A stretch of 64,000 nt of DNA, taken from positions 1,736,001-1,800,000 of the forward strand of contig CM114271.1 of NCBI GenBank assembly GCA_050084515.1, read 5' to 3'. A program made the position numbers and the translations under genes. Positions 24,997-35,965 of the stretch are shown one piece after another. Every line of letters starts with the position of its first letter. The first letter of the stretch is position 1. This stretch comes from Blasia pusilla. Its lineage: Eukaryota. The notes beneath the pieces were generated by a model that had not been told where the DNA came from, searched no databases, and was given only the letters and a program-made list of their open reading frames with translations.

Positions 24997-27965
24997 TAAA
25001 TAAAATAGAGAGAAACAAATCCACTATTGCCTTTCCGATCCGGACATCGTCGTACTTTGTCCGAGAACCCGATCAAAATTAGGGTTCGTTGAACTTCCTT
25101 ACCCTTACTGGCGAAAAACCCCGGTACGACTCGGCTTTTAACATTCCCGATCTGGACTTCCAAGATATTTCCCGTGTAAAGGTGACAGAACAGCCGACTT
25201 CCCATTAAAAAGTAAAAATGAAAAATAACTGTCCGAACCCCACGGGATGCCGCGATGACGACGGGCATAGCCGCATAGTCTCCTGGACAGGTGAGTGAGT
25301 AGTTACATATTTCCGAAGGGTAACCCATGTCCGGGGAGAACCGGCTCAACCGGGATTAAGTGTTGACCTAGTCGGCAGCATGTTTTAATTACCGATTCAG
25401 TTTCACCGGCCAAAAACCGACGGCCTATGCCAGCTCTCCTCCGTTGTATTCGTATCAGAATAGTAGACCGGCATCAGAAAACTTGCAAGGACCGGGAATG
25501 CACCGGTTCTCTCGAGAAACCTGACTCCCTGAGGATAACCCCTGCACACATGCGCACTCATTGCCGTCGGGAGTCGGGAGCCGGGAGTTCAATAAAAGAC
25601 TCGGGACTCACGGGAAAAGACGGGAATTCGGAAATGATGATTCCTTTCCACCGAGCGATCTTGATCTTGACGGCAGTTGAGGGAGTTCCATGGCGCGCCG
25701 TCTGCTGTACTGTCATCATATATGTCCTTATGTGGAAGTCAATCGAGCAGGTACAGGAGAATACATGTGGACCCGTACAACTCACGCGGATCGAGTTGAA
25801 TTTTCCGACAGTTGTGCCGTTCGATGTGGACAGTAGTAGACTAGTAGTAGTTCGCATGCATCTCGACAAAGCACCTGTTTTTTCCCCCTTTCTTTTGCCA
25901 GAGGAGAATTCAGGGGGTTCTCACCATATCGCCCGATGATATCGATCGGGGGCCTCAGAGCGCCTCTTGCGTCAAGTTTGCCACCTGTCCTTTCCGATTT
26001 CCCCGGGAATTTGAAATGATGGAAACCGAGGAGTGAGCGCGAAGTTGCGAACTAATTTGACGCGTTAATCTCGGATTAATGGATATCGTCACTGTTTTAT
26101 GGATGAAATGCAAATGAGGTCTCGAACAGTGCCATATTTTACGTTTGTATTTTGTATGTAAATACAAATTTTATACTATCATATTGTACACGGGTACATA
26201 TTATTCTCTTAACTTAGTTTGGTTGAGGCTTAATTTATTATTTTTCTTCTTCTTTAATTCCGTATAATGATGCATGTCAGCTGGAGATAAGTTTCAAAAC
26301 ACACGTCCATATTCTAATGGGCGACCTATAAATATAATAAAACATAATAGTACGTATAATAAGACATACTAGTGGGTTAATGAGACAAAAGAATCACAGT
26401 TTAAATTTCGTTTCTGGAATCAAATTAGATGAATAGAGAAAATGAATTTGAATGGGGAGAAGAAATTTTAATTAAATAAGAAATATTTTTATTAATTTTT
26501 ATTATATTGCGTGATATTAAAATATAATAAATTAAGATCATTAAAAAATATTTTTTTAAAATTCATATTTTATGGGAAAAGAAATTTTAATGGAAAAGGA
26601 GTAAATGTTATTTAAATTTGATTGAAGGATAGAATCGATTAGGAGATTGGGATATCATTTAAACTTTAATTAAGGATTGGAATTACTTAGAGAGGAAAGT
26701 ATAAACTTTAATAGAAACATTGGATTGGAATTACTTAGAAGGGTGGAATGTTATTTTTCTTCTAAAATTTATGAAAATAAAATTAGATGTAAATATTTAA
26801 ATGAAAAATTTATTATTCTTAAAAATAACCATGTTAATTCAAATTTGACATTTGGAAAAGGAAAATGAATTTGAATGGAAAAGGGAAGTGATTTCATTAT
26901 TTAAAATTAACTAAGAATTTAATTAGTGAATGTTATTATGGTAGGAAGAGTGGAAGGGGAAGGATAGATATTGTTAAAAATTTTATGGAGGAGTGAAATT
27001 ATTTTGGGGAATTGGGTGTTACTTAAAAGTATAATTTTACTACTCTTTTAAATTTTAAAAATTGTAAATATACTTAAATGTTAAATTTAAAATATTTCTA
27101 AATTATTAAAAAATAATTTTCGTGCACAAGCATAGGCATGCTAACAAGTATCAACTACAAGAGGATGGTTTTGTAAATCCATCTAATCTATTAATTAATT
27201 GGAGGATGTAATTTTATTTTCAGTTGATACTGGTTAGGACCCGTGAGGGAACTTGCGATGCACGAATCCTTGTAATTCAATGTCTTTATACATATGATCC
27301 TTTATACGTATTGTGTATATGTCAGGCGTCGGAAATTCCCAAGTTCCAAAAAACGCTTGTTGAATTCTGAAGTTTTCGCCATTCTAGAGCGCTCCTCAAA
27401 GAAAAATATAAACGTGGCAATATTTCCTCAAAAATATGTTTGGTTGCATTAATTGGGTTCATATAATGAGATTGGTAAGGAGAGTTGTCACATCTGAGTA
27501 GCCGATAGGCCGAGATCTATCGTGGATAGGGCGTAGGAGCCAGCGGACTATCTTGAGTGTAACTTTGTCCCACAGTGTCGGATGAGGTTGAGGATAGGTC
27601 CATTGTGTCAGGAACGTCGTTTCTGACGACTTCCATGTTGAGGTCTTTTACAGCCGGGTGACTTGTTGACCAGGTCACCTGCCCCTGGTAACCTGTGCAC
27701 ACAGGTTACCAAGGGAAGGGCTATTTTTAGGAGAAGAGCCTTTTGGCTCTTCCCAACCTATATAAGAGAGGAAGATGGCTTTCTTAAGCCATCTTTCTCA
27801 TGTTGGGCCGTTGGAGCACCTCCCTTGTAAGTGTGTGAGCTAGGACTAGGGTGCTAGCGTCCGGATTCCTTGATAGCACAGGGTGGACGAGGCTCGATAT
27901 GCTGATGTAGATTGAGGAGTGGAGTTTTAGGTAGGGTGTGCCGTTTTTACTACTCTTTATTTTTT

Positions 27966-27979
27966 ACATGAGAAAGATG
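27966..27979 (+). promoter_or_regulatory. Self-priming primer-binding site of element 2 (equivalents at 6203-6215, 37849-37863, 54541-54554)
   Basis: ACATGAGAAAGATG lies immediately after A1 and is the exact reverse complement of CATCTTTCTCATGT (27790-27803), about 30 nt downstream of TATATAA (27759). Confidence 0.75.
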
Positions 27980-28904
27980 TCAAGGGGCTGATGGGAATTC
28001 GCTGTTTGCAGGTAGGCAAGCGAGTTGCCTCGGTTGGGGAGCCCCCGAGACGCGTGTGTGTGCCATTTTGTGTCATTTTTCTGTTCAGAGGCGTGGGGCG
28101 GAAGCGCTGTCCGTTTTTCTCAGATTTTGCTGGTGCAGATTGTTGGGGGACAGCAGTCGAGTGTAGCGTGTGGTGGGGCGTCGGATGTATGCAAGTGAAG
28201 GCGTCGAGAGAGAAGGAACGGGCAGGTTTGGGTCTTGCGGTCCACGGGGGTCAAGTAAAAGGCTAGAGTTAGGTCTCAAATTTAGGGCGGGCGCGGACGG
28301 GCGGCGGCGGTGGCGATTTAGCCGGGGGCGTGGCGGACGGGGCGGGCGCAGCAGAAAGCGCGACGGCGGGCGGACTGGCGTGCGCGTGATGGCGCCCGCC
28401 ACGCGGGAGTGTTATGTGGCGGAGATTGTCATATCATGTGGAGGAGTGCATATTGACGGGCAAAGAAAGTTGAGGGCGTGATCAGGTTGGTTACCCATTC
28501 GAGTCCCTTTTCCCGCACTTGTCGTGGTGTGATTGAGAGTGTTGGATATCGGGTAGTAGCGGTGCTAGATGGGTGCGATGATGGTGACGAGTGTAGATTC
28601 TTTTCATGTGTAGCATGTTGGTGGATATACGGCGGTTGCGAGTAGGGTCGCGTCGCGTGTATGACTCGAGAGTGTGTCGCTAGGTTAGGTGAGTCGGTTG
28701 GGGGAGGCTCATGGTGAGCCCGAGTGTTGAGCGCGCGTGAGGCCGGGTATGTCATCACGGGATTGACGTTAGCATAGGTGAGCTAGTGAGGCGTGTGGGA
28801 GACTCTCGGTGAGTATGAGTGCTTGAGCGGGTGAGACAGGGTTTGTCATCACGGCGTTCTTCCAGGGTTCGGAAGAACGGGGTAGTCTGGCGATGGTAGT
28901 GGTG

Positions 28905-31900
28905 TGACACGGAGTGGAGTGAGATACCGAGGGGTTACCGAGGAGCTCCTCGACATCCATCGTCGGATCGATCGTCATCATCGATGGACCGGTCCGGTGA
29001 CGAGATCACCGACAGAGACAGTAGTACTTGGCAGGAGATGGATGACATGGGCCATCGGGGCATGCATCGTTTCTCGGGTGTAGTGGGCACCATCGACTTA
29101 GAGGATTTCATCCAGGAGTTCGACACATGGTGCGACTTCCAGAGATACGGACCCGACACGGTTCAACCCTTTCATGGCATGGAAGGGGTTGTTCCAAAGA
29201 TTTTGGAGGGTCCTCCGATGGATGACTACATGGAGTTCCGATCACTATATTCATTAGAGATCGATGCCTGGAGGATGTATTGGGCTCCAGGGTATGTGTC
29301 CACTAGTGGTCGCGAGGCATATGATGGGATTGTGAGAGGAGAGAGACCCACACCATCATCCCGGAGACTAGATGGAGAGGAGGGCAGTGACACAAAGCGA
29401 TGTGCAGAGACCCGGGTGGTAGAGGGCCACCCGGCCCAAACCCCCACAAGTGGAGTTCTTCCGACGGTTGGGGAAGAGCTACCGGGCGTATGCACCGGCA
29501 AGTCAAGAGTCTACAGGATTTTCAGCGACGATCGGTGAGAGTCTAAGAGAGGCCTTCACACGCATGAGGAAGCGATCATTGCTACGTTTGAGGATCGAAG
29601 CGCGGTCCCAAAGATTGGTACTGGGGTTCGGACCAAGAACTACGGAGGAGAGTCCGAGATGCGGTCTTTGATTCACACAAAAAGCCCACATTGAAGGTGG
29701 TCTTTGAGTTGTCTGAGCGTATTGAGCTCAACATGAGTGAGGAGCAGGTAGTGACCGCTAGATTTTCTCGAGAGTCAACAGGTCCACGAGCGGCGGTGAC
29801 CCCACCGGTGCCACAGCGAGCACCAGTACCACGGGAGCGGGCCAGTGTGCCTAGAGAGCAGGGCGGGTACCGTGAGCCTATGAGGCAATGACCCGCACCT
29901 ACATATGTTGCCCAGCAGGGACCGGTGTGGTCTTGTTGGACGTGTGGAGGGGCCCATAGGCAGAGAGACTGCCCACAGCATGGGAGTGGACCACCAACGC
30001 CTCCGATTGCGCAGGAGCCACAGAGGATGGCCCCACCACAGCACCAGTGTGACCATTGCCACAGATATGGTCAAACTAGGGAAAGATGTTTTGACCTTCG
30101 CCGAGGGGCACGTCCAGAGGTAGGCCGAGGGCCTGGGGGCGGTCATCCTGAAGGAGGTCGGGGAGTTCTTCCTGGACGTGGTGGTAGAGGACTACCACCA
30201 GCCAGAGGAGATGGAGCAGGAGCACCAGAGCCGGCACTTCTCTCACGCATTGATTAGTTGGAGCAGAGGATTGCTGCCATGACGATGATGCAGCTAAGGG
30301 AAGGCACGGAGCTGCGAGCGGCCTAGTGTGACTCATCTCTACCTCTTACCCGACCGGTGAGGATCTCTCCAATATGGGATTCATCTCAGAGTGCAGCCCT
30401 GGTTGAGGCAAGCTCGGTGGTGACTCAGGGTGCTCGCGAGAGGCACCGAACCATCGAGAGGTGGAGTTGAGATTGACCCACCTAGAGGGGACCGATGGGC
30501 GGCAGCCGGGTTCCCTGATCGTTCACATTGTCGGAGGCACTACACACACCATCGATGGTGCCTTGGCGACCAGCGGTGCCTCTGATTCAGGCACCTACGT
30601 CAACGTCACGAGGAGTTGGAGTGACAACTCCTATGCCGGCTCGAGTGGAGTCAGTGTCGACTATAGTGTTGGAGGTGGCCACTAGAGTGAGTCAGACTCC
30701 GCTATTTTCCGCCTTAGAGTTGGCGACGTTGGGAGTTGGACCAGCTGAGGTGTTCCGGTTGGCCACCACGTCGTGTGAGCGTGGAGAGGGGACTGCTTCT
30801 TGTTCAGAGGTAGTTGAGGAGGTGGTGGACTTGCCCTCGAGCGGGGTGCCGGGACGTTCCCCATAGAGTCATGGCATGCGGCGGGCGGGAAGTTGGTAGA
30901 TATGCCACTCGACCGCCATATAGAGAGCGAAGTGGTGACACATGGAGTAGTGTTACTCGATAACCGAGCTGGAGTATTTTGCTTGGTTAGTCCGATGGGG
31001 ATAGTATACCACCCGCAACGCGTCCTACTTGATTCGGGAGCGCAACCCTTGATGTTAGGGAAGGCGGCGTGTTTAGCGTTGGGGTTACGGAAGGCCGACA
31101 TTGAGCCTTGTCCCTTCCGATACACCTCGATTGGGGCATATCACCCACTCAAAGATATGACTCGGACAGAGATTGTTGTGAGAGTCCAGCCAGAGCATGC
31201 GACGGATAGTGCTATGGTGCACACACGTGCGATTACGACACCTGCAGAGTCGTACGATGTGTTGGTGGGGAGTACAGTGTTATATCCCCTAGGATTCATC
31301 CTTGACTTCTGGGAGAAGACCGTTGCTTATCGGCCAGGATGGCGGTGAGGTGACGGTCGGATGAGTCAGTTACCCGTGCAGTTTGCGGGACAAGGTGGTC
31401 GATCAGGAGGTGAGTCTGTGACCACGTTGGCGGCTTTCATAGGTAGTGTTAGCTGGCCAAGAGAGTTGTTGGAGGGGAACGCACATGCGGAGGATGTCCC
31501 AGTAGCGGATAGTCCCACGGAGAGACAGGCCATGGCGGGTGTCTCTTCCCATGTTAGCGATGCCTCTTCACCATTATGGGGTACGACTCGAGAGCTATAG
31601 AGGAGTGCCGACGACCTCGTGAGGCAAGCGTGGAGTCATGTTTTTATCCCAGAGCAGCGAGAGTCACGTGGCGATCGGGCTCTTGGAGTGGAGACGATGA
31701 CCCCACTAGATACCACACCTGTTGTGTGGCAATGCCCAGAGGAGGGTGTTAGGGTGTTAGATCTCTTTGGAGGGATTAGCACCGGATTGGCTGCAGTATT
31801 GCAGGCGGGCACACGGGTGCATCAGTACCTTTATGTCGAGAGAGATGAGACCGCACGGCGAGTATCATTACGTCACGTGGCGAGATTGGTCCAGAGGTAT

Positions 31901-34900
31901 CCTGAGTTGTTGTCGGTATCTGCAGTACGGGGATACCAGCATACGCTACTCGTCGACATATCTTTGGTGGGGGCATAGGATCTGGATAGAGTTGGCACCA
32001 TTCATTTGGTGATTGCTGGATGGCCATGTCAAGGTCATTCATCAGCTGGCCGAGGATTTGGATTGCAAGATCCGAGGTGAGGGATGTTTTGGGAGATGCT
32101 GCGAGTAGTACGACACTTGCAGCAGAGTCAGATATGTTCTCCAACGTACATTTTGGAGAACGTGCCGTTGTTGGGAGATACTCGTGCACGTGTGATGACG
32201 AGTGTACATCAGGTGAGGTCCTGGTTGGGACCGGCTGTGTTGTTAGATGCAGCGAGAGTTGGGTCACGTGCCCATCGCCCACACATCGTGGTGGCGAACT
32301 GATACCATCGAGGTATTGAGTCGAGCCTACGTTGAGTCGAGAGCACCACATCTCACGGTGGATGCTATTTTGGACCGGGCGCCGATCTCGGTGGTGACAC
32401 GCGATGATAGACCACCGCGTTGGCCATGGCCAATAGGGTGGGGGAGTTGAGGGCAGCCTTACCTACGCGTTGGTGAGCTTCAAAGATCCCATGCCTTTGT
32501 AGGAGGGCAGGCATGATTTGGGATGAGGTGACCGGAGTATTGAGGAGCCTATAGCGAGATGAGCGCGAGCGCGCCATGGGGTTCACTACTTGTACTACGG
32601 CGGTGCTGGGGATGACCGAGGCATCACGGAGACAGTGTTGGGGCAGCGATGGACCTCAACTGTCTCACATGGATAGTCACCTAGGTATGGCGAAAGCAGA
32701 GACGGATGCGAGTGTCATCCATGCCCTCACGCCCACGAAGTTGGACCACCGCCGGCTGTGGTTTGTACTTGGCATTGGATGGGGCGAGACAAGGAGAGAT
32801 AGGCACCCATGGACTTCCTGGGACGTCGTTCGAGCAGAGAGTGCGAAGGCGGCTAGAGTAGCACATGTTCATTTTTCGGATATGGAGCATGGTGTAGGAG
32901 GTCAGAGTGGAGTGGCTGTTGCGGAGGTGGCTAGGGTTGCTACATAGCAACCAAAGCCGGAGGTTGCGTCCTCTCCGAGTGAGGTCACGATGGAGACTTG
33001 GGAGCCTGTGATAGGTCTCAAGTTGATAGGAGGAGAGCGACGGCAAGTTCATAGGTTTCTGAGAGGGCATGTCAGTTGTTTTGCCTTCAGTATGAGAGAC
33101 TTGGGTACGCTGAAGGGTCCCGGGATACGGATTGAGTTGGCTAGTGATACGCCGATCTTTCGTCGACCCTACAGGTATTTTGATATGGAACGAGCCTTGA
33201 TTCAGAGCAGGAGTCATGACTTGTTGGAGGCAGGACTTGTGGAGTTGTCACATGGGGAGTATGCATCTGCCACAGTCATGCCGGCGAAGAAGGATATGTA
33301 TGGCAATTGGACGGATAGGCGGATGTGTGGAGATTACGGTCCTATCAACCGACAGACGAGGTCAGATCGGTATGCCATGCCTACTCCTGAGGAGATCTTT
33401 GATGCGGTAGGGCATGCAAAGATCTTGAGTACTTTAGATCTTCGTGTTGGCTATCATCGCCTTCCTATCAAAGTTGGAGGGACGGGAGAAGACATCATTC
33501 TAGGGGATAGATCGGTTCGGGAAAGATTGCTTATATCAGTGGCGGTTCTTACCATTTGCGTTGAAGAACGCGCGTGCGGAGTTTCAGAGAGTGATGGATA
33601 GGATTCTGGCTGGCTTGGATTTTGTATGATGTTACATAGATGATATTCTTATCTTGATTCCATGGTTGAGGAGCATGAGGACACTTGGAGGAGGTGTTTG
33701 GCGATTGCAGTTACATGGACTGCAGTTACATCCGGCAAGTGAGATTCTTTCAGAGCAGATTGAGTACTTGGGACACACCATATACCCGAGTGGGTTAGGC
33801 ATTCAGTAGACGAAGGTAGAGGCTATTGCGTAGATTCCACGCCCTACAGATGTGAGTCGAGTCCGAGCATTTCTTGGACTGGCGAACTTCTATCGACGGT
33901 ATGTCAAGGGTTTTAGTGCGATCGCAAAGTCTTTGACCTTGTTGATGAGACTTGATCAGGTGTGGTTGTGGGGAGATGATCAGGAGCGAGCATTTCAGGA
34001 GCTCAAGGACAGGTTGACGTCCTCACCCATTTTACAGAGACCGGTTAGGGGTCGCCCATTCCAGTTACATACGGATTGGAGCATGTTGGGTCTAGGAGCA
34101 GTGCTTACTCAGAGGGATGACGAGGAGAGGGAGTTTGTTGTGGCTTACGCGAGTCGATCGAACAACATTGCAGAGGCGAAGTACAGCTCCTATGAGGGAG
34201 AGTGCTTGGCTGCAGTGTGGGCCGTGGCACATTTTAGGTGCTATTTATTTGGCAACCCTTTCACACTTATCACCGATCATCACCATTGAAGTGGTTGATG
34301 GAGTCCGACAAGCTTACGGGAAAGCTTGCCGGTGGGCTCTATTACTACTGAGGAGTATGAGTTTGAGGTGGTTCATAGGCCGGTCGGCTGAACCAGGATG
34401 CGGATGGGTTGAGTCGTAACCCATGTCCGAGTAAGAGAGACGTCACGGGAGCTCGATGGCACTGAGAGAGTGATGAGGAGATGGTGCCCGGTTGGCATGC
34501 ATCTACCTATCTTTGTTGGTTGACTATGGCAGGTCAGCCACAGGTGAAGACTCCAGTGGTGGGATTGGATGATGAGTCTTTGGATCCGGAGGTTAGTGAG
34601 GAGGCGACAGGTGGTCGTGATATCCATGACGACGTGGAGGTTGTGGACTTCTTGCGCACAGGCGTCATTGCGAGTACAGTGAGTGCTAGGGAGCGGGATC
34701 GGATCCTACAAAGAGCCAAGAGGTTCAGGTGGGAGGGGACTCACATTTTGCGGTTATGGGGAGATGGTAGGATACGAGTGGTACCTCATCCCTCCCAGCG
34801 AGCACGTGTAGTGCGACATGCCCATGAGGAGTTGGGACATTTCGGAGTAAAGCGTACTTACAACTTACTCTAGGTTCAGTATTGGTGGCGCGGCATGCAT

Positions 34901-35965
34901 ACTGGGGTACAACAGTTTGTGGCTTGATGTATGGTATGAGATAGAGTGCGAGCATCCTTCAATGCTCCCACTCCGCAGTTACATCCTTTGCCGATTATGG
35001 GTTTAGGTTATCGGTGGAGTTTAGACTTTGCGGGACCTTTGCCATTGACAGGGCGTCATCATAGGTACGTGTTGGTCATGGTGGAGCATTTCTCCAAGTG
35101 GATAGAGTTGGTGGCACTACCAGACAAGGCGAGCGAGGGAACAGCTTATGCGTTTCTAGATCGTGGTGCTTAGTCACTTTGGTGCACCGGCGGAGGTGTT
35201 GACTCGACCAGGTACCGAGTTCAGGGGAGAGTTTCAAGCCTTGTGTGATCAGGCCGATAGATCACCGCACCACGCCCGGGATCATCCCGAGGCGGATGGA
35301 TTGGCGGAGAGAGTGGCTGACGGTGAAGAGAGGATTGCGCAAGTATGGCTTGCAGCGAGGGGGCGATTGAGGGAGTGGGAGCTCTGATTTGCCATGGTTG
35401 GCTATGGGTTATCACTTTAGTCGGCAGCATCTTTGGCGTCATTTTCACCGTACTTTTGCTCAAAGAATTTTGGGAGAGAGCCAGAGAGTTTACTATGGCC
35501 TTTGAGAACTTAGCTATTGCCCAAAGATAGGATACATTGAGGTATGCGACCATTCGTGGAGGAGGTTATCATCCAGGGGATTAGGAGGTTTCATCCTCGA
35601 GATTACGTGTATTTACAAAGGCGGCACCCACGACGCTAGATGTCACATCAGTAGGGCCACGATCCACGTGTGCGCGAGGTATTACCGACCGGAGTCCTCA
35701 TGTTGGAGGGATAAGATGGTATGGTTTGGAAGGATCATGTGCGCGATTGACAGCGCCATGTCATCTTCCGAACGTAGATGGGACAGTGGATCCAAGCTTG
35801 GCAAAGTGGTACTGCAGCTTGAGGTGTATGTTGTGCGGATCTGCGAGGGGTGCAGCCACCATGTTGGTATGTGATGGTTGTTCTCGAGGGTGGCATATGT
35901 CATGTCTGACCCCCCCTCTTGATGTGGTTCCCACGGGACGATGGATGTGTCCGAGATGTGTATAG
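28905..35965 (+). pseudogene. Element 2 polyprotein Gag-PR-DNMT-RT-RNaseH-IN-PHD
   Basis: CWTCGGAHRQRDC and CDHCHRYG knuckles, VLLDSGAQ, YIDD, HTDWS, HEELGH, DFAGP, and PHD CMLC..CDGC..HMSC..WMCPRC. Many indels. Confidence 0.9.
31748..32690 (+). pseudogene. Element 2 DNMT3-like methyltransferase domain
   Basis: VRVLDLFGGISTG, IHLVIAGWPCQGHS, YILENV, RAHRP, ERERAMGF. Confidence 0.88.

Noticed and set aside
25427-25939. 170-aa ORF
   Set aside because: No recognisable domain or exon structure.
26160-27150. AT-rich stretch with a Helitron-like degenerate 3' end near 27120-27149
   Set aside because: The terminus lacks an exact CTAG and no 5' boundary could be defined.
29000-35800. Frameshifts in elements 2 and 4 as programmed recoding
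   Set aside because: The indels are at different places in the two near-identical copies, consistent with decay or long-read consensus errors.
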